Assembly: GCA_044344945.1 (NCBI GenBank) | Contig: JBIJBZ010000003.1 | Span: forward strand, 1 to 53,973 | Direction of reading: 5' to 3' | From: Bdellovibrionota bacterium | GTDB lineage: Bacteria > Bdellovibrionota_C > UBA2361 > OMII01 | Length of the DNA stretch: 53,973 bases | Part shown: positions 38,870 through 48,721 of the stretch, piece after piece | Position numbering within the stretch: the stretch's first letter is position 1 | Layout: the number at the start of each line of letters is the position of its first letter | The notes under the pieces: model-generated | What the model was told of the DNA's origin: nothing | The model's input: the letters and a program-made list of their open reading frames with translations, nothing else | Database searches by the model: none | Made by a program: the position numbers and the translations under genes

Positions 38870-40072
38870 ATGAAATCAAATGTAGTCATCTCGGCCGTTG
38901 GAATGCTCAATGCACTGGGAGACGACCTGGAGAGCATCCGCGACGGGTTGTTCCGTGGAGATCAATCCGGGATTCGAAAGTCTGATCGATTCATTCCAGG
39001 AGTGTCATGTTATGTTGGCGGGGTTGTCAGCGCACTGCCTGAGTGCCCCAACGGACTTGAGCGCTTATGGTCACGAAATGCAGCGCTCTCCCTAGCGGCG
39101 CTGCGGCAGATAGAGCCGACGGTACGGAGTGCGATTGACAGATTCGGCAAGGACCGGATCGGGGTTGTGATGGGCTCGAGCACATCGGGCATCGACGAGG
39201 GAGAGGAGGCTCTCCGAGTCCGTGCTGAACGTGGAGATCTTCCCGCCAACTATTCATATTCCAAGCAGATAATGGGGAGCGTCTCCGAGGTGCTTGCGTG
39301 CCTGCTCGGAACTACTGGCCCTTCATATACTATCTCGACAGCGTGTTCCTCGAGCGCAAAAGTATTTCGCGCCGCCCGCGGACTCATCGACAGCGGTTGC
39401 TGTGATTGCGTACTTATCGGGGGTTTTGATTCTCTGTGTAAGCTAACTCTCAACGGATTCTCTGCGCTGGAGCTCGTGTCTGATGAAATTACAAATCCCT
39501 TCAGTAAGAACAGAAAGGGAATAACGATCGGGGAGGGTGGGGCGATCTTCCTGGTTGAGCGATGCGGAGATGACGAGTTGCTTGAGGATACCATCTCGAT
39601 TGTGGGTGTTGGGGAATCGTCCGATGCGTACCATATCTCTTCCCCAGATCCGAGTGCTGCTGGTGCAATCTCGGCAATTGGGGCGGCGTTACGGCAGGCA
39701 GGTGCGAGCCCCCCAGAGATCGACTACGTAAATCTGCATGGCACAGGAACTCTGCACAACGATGCGATGGAGGCTCGGGCCATACGCGAGGTGTTTTCGT
39801 CGGAAACGCCGTGCAGCTCGACAAAACCGCTCGTTGGGCACGCCCTGGGGGCCAGTGGTGCAATTGAGGCTGCGTTCTGTTGGATGGTGCTGCAGGATCC
39901 AAATTATCGCCTGCCTCCGCACTGCTTCGATGGTCAGCAGGACCCTAAGCTGCCCTCCCTAAATTTGGTGAATAGGGGAGCCGTGCTGGCGGGGCAACCT
40001 CGATACGCGCTCAGTAATTCGTTTGGGGTTGGTGGAAGTAATTGCGCCGTCGTATTGAAGAGGGGGAGGTAA
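38870..40072 (+). CDS. Beta-ketoacyl-ACP synthase (ApeO-like)
   Basis: TACSSS (catalytic Cys), HGTGT, GHALG, SNSFG. Confidence 0.92.
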   Translation: MKSNVVISAVGMLNALGDDLESIRDGLFRGDQSGIRKSDRFIPGVSCYVGGVVSALPECPNGLERLWSRNAALSLAALRQIEPTVRSAIDRFGKDRIGVVMGSSTSGIDEGEEALRVRAERGDLPANYSYSKQIMGSVSEVLACLLGTTGPSYTISTACSSSAKVFRAARGLIDSGCCDCVLIGGFDSLCKLTLNGFSALELVSDEITNPFSKNRKGITIGEGGAIFLVERCGDDELLEDTISIVGVGESSDAYHISSPDPSAAGAISAIGAALRQAGASPPEIDYVNLHGTGTLHNDAMEARAIREVFSSETPCSSTKPLVGHALGASGAIEAAFCWMVLQDPNYRLPPHCFDGQQDPKLPSLNLVNRGAVLAGQPRYALSNSFGVGGSNCAVVLKRGR

Positions 40073-40515
40073 TGGATCAGCGTGTACCTGATCCTGCTCT
40101 ATTTTTGCCACACGGGCCCGGTATGCGGCTGCTTGATGGGCCTGGAAGTGTTGTGGATGGGTGGCTAACGTTTCAGGTTCGATTAAGCACTGAGTTAGTT
40201 GTGTGTGGGGAGGATGGGGTCGCTCCAGCGGAGTTGGGACTTGAAATTATGGCTCAGGCGTGTGGAATGGCGATTGTCATTGATGGGCGCTCAGGTTCTG
40301 CCGGTGCGATGCGAGGAGTTGTTGGAGCTATCCGCGGATATGAGTACTCTACGAATCCGCTCGTGCTCTCTCAAAGTCTTGTGGCTCGAGTGAAGAGGGA
40401 CCTAGTTGATGGTAATGTTGTGGTCTGTGATGCGGAGCTTCTGCACGAAGGGGAGACGAGCCCTCTGCAAATGGCTCGGATTACGATCGTTTTAATGGGA
40501 GAAGATTTCACGTGA
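40072..40515 (+). CDS. Hot-dog-fold dehydratase (ApeP-like)
   Basis: LPH..GMRLLD and EIMAQAC; ATG overlaps the KS stop codon. Confidence 0.82.
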   Translation: MDQRVPDPALFLPHGPGMRLLDGPGSVVDGWLTFQVRLSTELVVCGEDGVAPAELGLEIMAQACGMAIVIDGRSGSAGAMRGVVGAIRGYEYSTNPLVLSQSLVARVKRDLVDGNVVVCDAELLHEGETSPLQMARITIVLMGEDFT

Positions 40516-41234
40516 AGCGAGTGTTAATTACCGGGGCATCGGGGGCGATCGGTCAGGCTGTTTCCCGAAGCTTAGCGGCGCGAGGTTTTCATACGACTTT
40601 GCACTATCGCTCTCAGGTCGAGGTTGTATCAGCGTTGGTGGAGGAGCTTACGTCCGCCGGCGGAAGCGCTGATGCAATCTCCTTTGATGTCAGTGATCGT
40701 GAGGGGACTGCAGTAGCCATAAACTCGACAATAGAGGCGCTGGGGCCATTTTACGGTGTTGTGTACAACGTTGGGCTACACAGAGACGGCCCGATGGTGG
40801 CGCTTAGTGGTGAGGATTGGGACTCAGTTATCACGACCAATCTGACCGGGGTGTACAACGTTTTGCACCCGCTGTTGATGCCGATGGTTCAGGCCCATGC
40901 CGGTGGCCGAATCGTTACGATGGCATCGGTTGCGGGTATTACGGGGAATCGAGGGCAGACCAACTACAGCGCAGCGAAAGCAGGAATCATTGCGCTTACA
41001 AAATCGCTGGCATTCGAGATGGCGAAGCGGAATATCCTGGTTAACTGCGTTGCTCCTGGGTTTATAGAGAGCGAGATGATTAGCGAAATTCCCCTCGATG
41101 AGATTCGGCGGATGGTGCCCCTCAGGCGTGCCGGCACTCCTAACGAGGTGGCGGGAGTGGTAGAGTTTCTCTTTTCCGACGCGGCATCCTACCTGACGGC
41201 TCAGGTTATATCGCCTAATGGTGGATTGATATGA
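40512..41234 (+). CDS. fabG: 3-oxoacyl-ACP reductase (ApeQ-like)
   Basis: TGASGAIG, NYSAAK, VNCVAPG, NGG. Confidence 0.92.
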   Translation: MKRVLITGASGAIGQAVSRSLAARGFHTTLHYRSQVEVVSALVEELTSAGGSADAISFDVSDREGTAVAINSTIEALGPFYGVVYNVGLHRDGPMVALSGEDWDSVITTNLTGVYNVLHPLLMPMVQAHAGGRIVTMASVAGITGNRGQTNYSAAKAGIIALTKSLAFEMAKRNILVNCVAPGFIESEMISEIPLDEIRRMVPLRRAGTPNEVAGVVEFLFSDAASYLTAQVISPNGGLI

Positions 41235-42454
41235 GACGGGTTGTCGTTACTGGAGTGGGAGCTCTCTCGCCTCTCGGAGCAACATTCTCCGCGACGTGGC
41301 AGGGATTGAAGGAGGGGAAGCGAGGCGTGCGCATCCTACCTGAATGGAGTGATATTGCGGGGGTTCGAACAAAATTGGCAGCGCCGGTGGCTCCGTTTGA
41401 GCTGCCCGAGAACTACTCCCGTAAAAAGCTGCGAAGCATGAGTCGTGCGGGCATAATGGCGGTTCGCGCGTCCGAGATGGCTCTTGAGGATGCGGGACTT
41501 CTCGGTCACCAGGTCCTTAGTTCGGGGAGCTGTGGTGTTGCGTACGGCTCGTGTTTAGCTGGAAGCGATATGATGCTCGATATCGCAGAGCGGTGTTTGC
41601 GCAAGGATGCACGAGGGATGCAAGCGAGCGCGTTTACGCAGGCGATGAGTCACAGTTGCGCCGCGAATATATCGATATTTTTTGGTACCACTGGAAGGAT
41701 AATCCCGACTTCTAGTGCGTGTACCTCAGCGAGTCAGGGGATCGGATACGCAGTTGAATCGATCCGCTCCGGGGCTCAAACGGTTATGATTGCTGGAGGA
41801 GCCGAGGAGATCTCTACGGCACTCCTCTTTCTGTTCGATTCCATGTACGCGACATCGCCGGCGGATGGAGAGAGTGCAACCGCTCCCCGTCCCTTTGATG
41901 CGCACCGGGATGGTTTAGTAATCGGGGAGGGGGCATGCACCCTTATTGTAGAGGAGCTTGCATTCGCGCAAGCGAGAGGCGCTCGGATATTGGCAGAGGT
42001 TGTCGGCTTCGGAACAAATAGTGATGGTGCCCACATCACGGCGCCTACATCGGGCACGATGAGTGCGGCAATTCGTTTGGGGCTACGTGATGCGGGCATT
42101 GAGCCCCAGCAGGTTGGTTTCGTTCATGCGCATGCTACTGGAACAACCCTCGGTGATGCGGCAGAAGCCGCTGCGATGCGGGATGTATTTGCAGGGCCGG
42201 TGCCCGTTGGCGCACTCAAAAGTTACAGCGGCCATACGTTGGGTGCCTGTGGCGCGCTTGAAGCTGCAATAACTATTCAGATGATGCGAGAGGAGCTTTT
42301 TGTGCCTATCGCGTCTCTGATCGAGGCTAGTCCTGAGTGCGCGCATCTCGATCTTATTCGTGGCGCTGCGCGCACAATCTCGTGCGAATTCGCAATGTCG
42401 AACAACTTCGCCTTCGGTGGGGTGAATACATCGCTCGTTTTTAAGCGGCTTTGA
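41231..42454 (+). CDS. Beta-ketoacyl-ACP synthase (ApeR/FabF-like)
   Basis: SSACTS, HAHATGT, GHTLGACG, NNFAFGG. Confidence 0.92.
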   Translation: MRRVVVTGVGALSPLGATFSATWQGLKEGKRGVRILPEWSDIAGVRTKLAAPVAPFELPENYSRKKLRSMSRAGIMAVRASEMALEDAGLLGHQVLSSGSCGVAYGSCLAGSDMMLDIAERCLRKDARGMQASAFTQAMSHSCAANISIFFGTTGRIIPTSSACTSASQGIGYAVESIRSGAQTVMIAGGAEEISTALLFLFDSMYATSPADGESATAPRPFDAHRDGLVIGEGACTLIVEELAFAQARGARILAEVVGFGTNSDGAHITAPTSGTMSAAIRLGLRDAGIEPQQVGFVHAHATGTTLGDAAEAAAMRDVFAGPVPVGALKSYSGHTLGACGALEAAITIQMMREELFVPIASLIEASPECAHLDLIRGAARTISCEFAMSNNFAFGGVNTSLVFKRL

Positions 42455-44039
42455 GATCTTCAGCGGTGTCTCTCGTGAGGAGAGCGAGTAGCTCGGGGAT
42501 AGAATTCCACGACGGGGTTGGCTCCTCAAGAATGAATTGGATCTTCCGAAAGGTGTCGTTGATCACCACAAGATTTTTTTCGAGTGCGCCCAAAAAAGCA
42601 TCATCGGAACAAAGAATAGTGAGAGTTTTGTTCAGGTTTCTCAGAAACTCAATATGTTTAATATCCAAGAATCCAGGCTGAACTGGCTGATTAAGTCTCG
42701 GGTTGTGTTCGCGAAATAGCTTCTGCATCGAGTCGCCGAGGTCATACACCTGAGAGGCAGTGGTTCTAATGGTAGCGAGTGTTTCGAGGTCCGTTAACCG
42801 GCCTTGGTTTACGATAAACGCCAAAAAGCCCCAATAGATAGCGTAGTCCCATATCACCTTGAGGGGCATAATGCGTGGGTTTCCAAAAACCGAATACTGA
42901 TTGTAGAAGGTTTTCAAGAAGCCTTCGGTAATCTCTTGATATATATCGTTGAAGGCTTCGCATCGACCGATGAAGCGTTCGGCGCGCATATCGCGGGAGA
43001 TAGCGTCAACGATGAAGGTGTTCTGTATAGCGATGAAGTCGCTTCCAGGGCTGTACAGGGGATCAATGAATACCCCGGCATCTCCCGTAATAGCCCATCG
43101 TTCGCCGGATATCATGCGGGAGCATTTGTGGGCGTAGTGCTTGATAGCAAGGTAGTCGGCGACATCATCCTCAAGCGCCGAGAGCTTGTGCGCGCACTGC
43201 GGTTCGTGCAGGCGCATCCACTTCATGGTGTCGGCAAAGCTTCGGAAATTGGAGAGAGGGTGAATCTTTGGGTCAAAAACGACACCGATACTGGTGTAGC
43301 CGCTCGAAAGAGGTATCAACCAAACCCAGTATCCCGCACCAGTAAGGTGATTCGTGCTGTACCAGCGCGAGTATATGCCCTCGTGCTCGTCTCTCCATGA
43401 CGGATGTTCGCACCACTGATCGATATCTATTCGGCCCTTCACGCGAAACCACACGGCATCCGAGTCGTGTTCGCTCGGTTGTTGGAGGGAGAACTTTCGT
43501 TTTAGGAATCCGGCTCGGCCTGAGGCATCAATAACCCAGGTGCACGAGAGGGATTGGGTCGCGCCGTCTCGCTCATAGGCAACGGTGTGAGCTCGTTCGC
43601 TGCTCCCGAGGGTTAGAGAGGTAACCTTGCTTTCGGTCATGATCGTAATGCCCGCTGCTTCCACCTGCTCTGCCAAGTGATTCTCAAAGACCCCACGATC
43701 AAGCTGATAAGTTGGGACGTGAAAGTGAGTATTCGACCCCATCTCTACCCGCTCTTCGATCTTCTGGTTCGAAGGGGTCGAGAAGAAGAGGCGAATTCCC
43801 AGCTTCTTCAACTGTGCGGCCTCAAGGTGATTTCGCAGCCCGAGGGTTTCTGAGAAATAGTGAGCAGCTATCTCAACCGTGGACTCTCCAACCTTGTGGG
43901 TTGCAACCGGGTATGGGAGCGAGCGGCGCTCAAGCAGGAGTATCTTAGCGGAGGGGGCTTCCTGCTTGAGGTGGAGTGCGAGCGTTAGGCCAGCCAGGCC
44001 CGCTCCAATTATCACCACAGTATAGTGTTCGGTCCCCAT
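42441..44039 (-). CDS. Flavin-dependent halogenase-like protein
   Basis: GAGLAG, HKVGES, KKLG, DASGR, WVWLIP (WxWxIP), GDAGVFIDPLYSPG. Confidence 0.85.
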   Translation of the reverse strand: MGTEHYTVVIIGAGLAGLTLALHLKQEAPSAKILLLERRSLPYPVATHKVGESTVEIAAHYFSETLGLRNHLEAAQLKKLGIRLFFSTPSNQKIEERVEMGSNTHFHVPTYQLDRGVFENHLAEQVEAAGITIMTESKVTSLTLGSSERAHTVAYERDGATQSLSCTWVIDASGRAGFLKRKFSLQQPSEHDSDAVWFRVKGRIDIDQWCEHPSWRDEHEGIYSRWYSTNHLTGAGYWVWLIPLSSGYTSIGVVFDPKIHPLSNFRSFADTMKWMRLHEPQCAHKLSALEDDVADYLAIKHYAHKCSRMISGERWAITGDAGVFIDPLYSPGSDFIAIQNTFIVDAISRDMRAERFIGRCEAFNDIYQEITEGFLKTFYNQYSVFGNPRIMPLKVIWDYAIYWGFLAFIVNQGRLTDLETLATIRTTASQVYDLGDSMQKLFREHNPRLNQPVQPGFLDIKHIEFLRNLNKTLTILCSDDAFLGALEKNLVVINDTFRKIQFILEEPTPSWNSIPELLALLTRDTAEDLKAA

Positions 44040-44207
44040 TCCAAGCCCCTGCGGGGACTCTAGCAGGTCACTGGAACTGGTTCAAATCGAATCTAAGAGA
44101 GGGCGTGATGAAGCACCCCCGGCGCGGTATTGTTCGGTGTTAGCCCACTCGGCGATGAGGAGGAGTAGCTGTCCGGCACAAATTGCTGCGTCGGAGGCCC
44201 GTGTTGA

Positions 44208-44609
44208 TTACAACTTCTTTCCGATCTCAACCTGGATATCACGTTCGAGATTCGCCACCCATGTGTTGTATCGGCGATTAATGTGCGGTGAGCCGTCTGC
44301 GTCACTGTAATCGAGGTTAGAGCTGCTAACATACTTCACGGTTACAGTATCACCGTGGTGGATTACGTTCACACGCGCTCGTATGTTAGCGCTTCGTTGG
44401 TATTCTGCGTCAAAACTGGTGGGGGTCTGGCCGGTAATAGACCACCGCCGGGAGAGGAGAGCTTGACGGACTGCCTCGTGGACCTTTGCTTGATTGGAGA
44501 TAGCAACGTTGAAGGATGGTTCGTTAACAGGTTGTAGGCGATTGCAGCCGACGAGGCCTGGTCCGATCGAGAGCGAGAGTGTGAGTAAAAGCATGCGTTT
44601 AATAAACAT
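44208..44609 (-). CDS. Small lipoprotein
   Basis: Lipobox LVG-C; YVSSSNLDY...YNTWVANLERDI; AGGAAGG upstream. Confidence 0.75.
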   Translation of the reverse strand: MFIKRMLLLTLSLSIGPGLVGCNRLQPVNEPSFNVAISNQAKVHEAVRQALLSRRWSITGQTPTSFDAEYQRSANIRARVNVIHHGDTVTVKYVSSSNLDYSDADGSPHINRRYNTWVANLERDIQVEIGKKL

Positions 44610-45128
44610 AGGCCTTCCTGTGTATGTGTTTATACAGAAGCGGTTATAAAAGTTGATGTCTTCTTCTAAACCGCGGTCGCAACGTGTCGCTAGTGTTGTC
44701 CATGGGCGGGGCGCTTAAATGTACATCAGGCTACGATCAAATGTACCTCAACGCGCTTGTCCGTCCCGTTGCCTCACTTTGTTACATGTAGCAAAATCCT
44801 CACGAGAGATACTTACTGACGTTGCCCGCTACAACAAGGGTATTCTTCAGACGTGTGGGGGAATGTGTGCCTGGCTAGCAATCATAGACCTAACGAACAT
44901 AGCGCATTTTAGAGTGGATATTTGGGGTGTGGTGCAGTGGCGTATGCCCATGGGGAGGTGGCTCGACTCGGGGAAATTTGCACTTGGCGGCGAGAGGTGG
45001 GAGACCCTACCATGAAGAGTATGAGCTGGCTGTGCGTGTAGTGGCAGACCTGTGTACGTTTTGCGTTTGGAGTAGGGTGTTGTTAATAACACGCGTCCCC
45101 GCTCAAGGTTGAGGGAGATAAGTACGTT

Positions 45129-46037
45129 ATGAGATGGATACACGCACTAGTAATCGCTAGTTCTCTCATGAGTAGTGCATGTGCAAGAGCTCCGTATCAC
45201 CCTCGTGGAGATGTGTATCCTAATCCAGAACTCTTTGTTGACGAGCCTCAGATATCACGAGGTGAGCCGAATACGATAGCTGATGGTCTTGGTCACTACC
45301 TATTTTCCCTTCCGGAGAAGCTCATTCTCTGGAACTGGAAGATGGGGCGTCACAATATCTCGCCAGAAACCGAGGAGTCGATTCAAGCCTATCTTGCGCG
45401 AAACGAACTGCGTGAGGTCAAGGTTCGGCTGAATGAGTATGCACCGATTGGAGAGTGGAAGCGGCTTGTAAGCAATGAAGGTGTAGGGGCTGGGTGGCGC
45501 TACACTCTGGGAGTCGTCTCGTGGCTCATGTATACTATACTTCCTGGTCGTATACTGGGCGGGGATGCGTACAATCCATACACCAATTCGATTTACCTGT
45601 ACTCAGATATCCCAGTAGTTGCGCTCCACGAGGGTGGTCATGCCAAGGATATCGCCGGCCGCAAGTGGAAAGGGAGCCGCGCAGCGCTGTATATCCTCCC
45701 GATCGCGCCGCTCTTTATCGAGGCGCGTGCCACAAATGACGCGCTTGGGTATTCGCTCGATGCGGACCCAAAGCTGCTTGAGTCGGGGTACAAGATACTC
45801 TATCCGGCATATGGTACCTACGTGGGCTCGGAGGCTCTTGGAGGGGTACCAGTTGTTGGACCTCTTGCTGGAGCGATCGGTGCGATTCCAGGCCACATCG
45901 TGGGACGTATTAAGGCGAGTCGAGTAAGGGCGCGTTACCCGGAGTCCTTCCCGGATGAGAAGGATGAGGTTGATAGCGATCATAAGGAGGGCGCGCAGGT
46001 GGCGGAGCCAATCGAATCGCGATTGCCGGCTCAGTAA
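45129..46037 (+). CDS. Lipoprotein with HExxH (possible zinc metallopeptidase) motif
   Basis: Lipobox SSA-C; ALHEGGH with a downstream Glu in FIEARA. Confidence 0.7.
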   Translation: MRWIHALVIASSLMSSACARAPYHPRGDVYPNPELFVDEPQISRGEPNTIADGLGHYLFSLPEKLILWNWKMGRHNISPETEESIQAYLARNELREVKVRLNEYAPIGEWKRLVSNEGVGAGWRYTLGVVSWLMYTILPGRILGGDAYNPYTNSIYLYSDIPVVALHEGGHAKDIAGRKWKGSRAALYILPIAPLFIEARATNDALGYSLDADPKLLESGYKILYPAYGTYVGSEALGGVPVVGPLAGAIGAIPGHIVGRIKASRVRARYPESFPDEKDEVDSDHKEGAQVAEPIESRLPAQ

Positions 46038-46393
46038 TGACTTTATCGCTTGAATTTAGTAGCGGTTTTTGTCAGACATCTAGCCCCTTAAGAGTCGATT
46101 TGTCTCTCTATTGAGGGGTGTATGCTCCTTAAACAACCGTGTGGATTGAGCAGTGCAAACGCACTAATACGTATCGCAGCGCTAACGGCGAGTGCTCCTT
46201 GCGCCGAGGTTATCTTCTCTGTGCTACTCGATATCGCGTTGAGCCGCTCTCTGGATACATGTCCCAAACGGCACCCACAATGGCCGGGCGCTTGGATGAT
46301 AACTATCCGTAAATATGAGTGCCTCTGTTCACGTCATAGGTTGTACTGTGGTCCTCAGAGTTCTCGGTAGTCTCTGGTAGTCAGTACTAAATG

Positions 46394-46449
46394 ATTGAAC
46401 CACCGGAAGGCTGGAGGGGAGGGCTCCACTATCCTTTCGATGGTTCAAT
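46394..46449. terminator. Long hairpin downstream of the sigma factor gene (terminator or RNA stability element)
   Basis: ATTGAACCACCGGAAGG pairs with CCTTTCGATGGTTCAAT at 15 of 17 positions, with an inner TGGAG/CTCCA stem; lies between convergent genes. Confidence 0.5.
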
Positions 46450-46503
46450 TGAAACGTGTTGCTACGCACCCGTAGCGGGGTTTCGTGCTATCCCGAGGAG
46501 CGC

Positions 46504-47154
46504 TTACGCTGCTACCTCTTGATCGTTGGTGTCATCATTTGCCTCCTCGATCACCGCCTTGTTGCCGGTGAAATCCTCGTAGTAACGCTGTAGCTTCTTG
46601 CGCAGCATGATCCGTGAGCGGTGCAGGCGGGACTTCACTGCAGGAATAGAGAGGTCAAGGATTTGGCCAGTCTCTTGGTTTGAAAGTCCGTCGACATCTC
46701 GGAGTACAAAGACAGCGCGGTATTGATCAGGAAGCTTATCGATTGCTCGTTGTAGAACCTCTTGTAATTCACGGCTTACAGCGATGTTGTATGAATGCTT
46801 GGATGCAGCGGTATCGCGCTCCATGCAGTATTGTTTAACGGCGGGTGCGAGATCTTCGATTGAAACGGTTTGATTCTGCTTCTTCTTGCGAAGCTTCATG
46901 AACGCTGCGTTTACGACGATTCGGTATAGCCAGCTTGAGAAAGCAGATTGACCTCGGAATCCGTCGATCTTGCGATAGACTGTCGTGAACACATCCTGCA
47001 TTACCTCTTCTGCATCCTCTTGATTGCGTGTGAAGCGTAATGCAAGGTTCATCACCTTTGCTTCGTAGCGCACAATGATCTCCTCAAACGCGCCAACGTT
47101 GCCCTCTTTGAATTGGTCAACCAAACCTACATCTGAAATTCTCTCGTCCTTCAT
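46504..47154 (-). CDS. ECF (RpoE-like) RNA polymerase sigma-70 factor
   Basis: DAEEVMQDVF, FSSWLYRI, LPDQYRAVFVLRDVDGLS, AVKSRLHR; GGGAGG ribosome-binding site. Confidence 0.93.
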   Translation of the reverse strand: MKDERISDVGLVDQFKEGNVGAFEEIIVRYEAKVMNLALRFTRNQEDAEEVMQDVFTTVYRKIDGFRGQSAFSSWLYRIVVNAAFMKLRKKKQNQTVSIEDLAPAVKQYCMERDTAASKHSYNIAVSRELQEVLQRAIDKLPDQYRAVFVLRDVDGLSNQETGQILDLSIPAVKSRLHRSRIMLRKKLQRYYEDFTGNKAVIEEANDDTNDQEVAA

Positions 47155-47492
47155 GACATCCTCCCAAGTTTTTCAAAAAGCGTGATTGAAGCTGTTTCAA
47201 TCAACGGGGAGCGTTGTCTCACATGTCGGCGAGGCAGTTGTCACAACCTACTGAAAACGCTGTAAAAAGTTTGTATCAACTTAGGGTTCACTTTGTGACA
47301 AACAAACTAAGGTGTTGAAATAGTTTGGTGTTTCGGGGCGGTGTAGCCGGAAATTTTCCGCATCTTTTTTTAAAAAAAGAGGGTTCAGCGATTAAAAAAT
47401 CGCACTTTGATGTTCAGATCGTGAACGAGAGTGCGCGTTTTTTACTCGTGAGAAGGTGAAATTGAACTCGCTATGAGCAGCGATGAGTAGCG

Positions 47493-47888
47493 TCACACCG
47501 CAACAAGGGTCTTGGGGCGTTCGTCCCGGATGTTTTTTACGGTGTTGTCGGGATTGAGGAACAGGGCAGTGGGGTTGTGAGTAACAGCTTCGTTGTGTGG
47601 AAGGAATCCGAATGCAGCCACAATCAGAGTATCACCGAGGTTTACGAGGTGTGCAGCCGCGCCGTTAACATGGAATTCGCGGCTGTGAGCGACGCCCTTC
47701 AGGATATACGTCTCGAAGCGGGTCCCGGTGGTCACGTTCCAAACGTTAACGGCTTCATGGGGTAGGAGGCCAGTGAGGGTAAGGAGGTCCTCTGGAATGG
47801 TGATGCTTCCCTCATACTGAACGTTAGCCTCCGTGACGGTAGCTCCGTGTATCTTCGCAATTAGCACCTTTCTAATTAAACCATCCAT
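47493..47888 (-). CDS. panD: Aspartate 1-decarboxylase
   Basis: KIHGATVT, YEGSITI (Gly-Ser autocleavage site), RFETY, NGAAA. Confidence 0.93.
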   Translation of the reverse strand: MDGLIRKVLIAKIHGATVTEANVQYEGSITIPEDLLTLTGLLPHEAVNVWNVTTGTRFETYILKGVAHSREFHVNGAAAHLVNLGDTLIVAAFGFLPHNEAVTHNPTALFLNPDNTVKNIRDERPKTLVAV

Positions 47889-48048
47889 AGGCGGGTAGTC
47901 TATGGTGTTGAAATGACAGAGGTCAAGGTTTCCAGGGGGATGTTTGGGTAGTTTCAAACAGGCCGAGGCACTCAGAAAACCTCTTAAGTTATTTAATCAA
48001 GGTGCCGTCCACACTAGTTGGATAGAAGGTTTTTAAAAGGGGAAGCGT

Positions 48049-48456
48049 ATGCATCCACGCAAAGATCGCCAGCAGGGACGAGTTCTCGTTGTGGACGACA
48101 TGCCGTCAACAAGGGGTTTGCTCAAGGATATGCTTGAAGGTCTAGGCTTCGGTCATGTTGCCGAGGCCCGCAATGGAGAGGAGGCGCTCACGTCTTTGCG
48201 CGAAGATACTCCCGACTTGATTATCAGCGATCAGGTGATGGATGGGATGACAGGGACCGAGCTTGTGGAAGTGCTGCGAGGGCATCCTGAGTTCTCAGAC
48301 ATACCGTTTATTATGGTAAGCGCTGTGCGAGACGCCCCGTCGATTGATTCAGCTCTCGACTTAGGGGTAGATGATTACCTCGCCAAACCGATCAGTATGG
48401 GGCTTCTCGATCGCAAGATAGACGACGTCTTCCGGCGCCGACTCACCATGCTCTAG
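48049..48456 (+). CDS. Single-domain CheY-like response regulator
   Basis: VVDD, ISD, MVSA, KP; no output domain. Confidence 0.9.
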   Translation: MHPRKDRQQGRVLVVDDMPSTRGLLKDMLEGLGFGHVAEARNGEEALTSLREDTPDLIISDQVMDGMTGTELVEVLRGHPEFSDIPFIMVSAVRDAPSIDSALDLGVDDYLAKPISMGLLDRKIDDVFRRRLTML

Positions 48457-48721
48457 TCTCCTCGATCTAGTACACCCCGACTTTTTTGAGTTCGGCGCGC
48501 AACTACGGTTGATGATCTCTCGAATAGAGAGAGAGTATGCGCCGACGAAGAATGCTTAGAAGTAGAAAGATGTACGACCTGTGCTTTCGCGCCCTGCAGG
48601 GGGTGCGCCTGCCTGCCCGGGCTCTGACAAAGCTCCTCATAGAGAGCATCATAGGGAGACTTCTACAGTCCGAAGCAGTTGTAGCGCCTCAAAGCGGCCC
48701 TACTGCTATCGTGAAATTTCA

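Noticed and set aside
44922-44975. tRNA-like start GGGGTGTGGTGCAGTGG and T-loop-like GCTCGACTC
   Set aside because: No anticodon arm and no complementary 3' acceptor strand.
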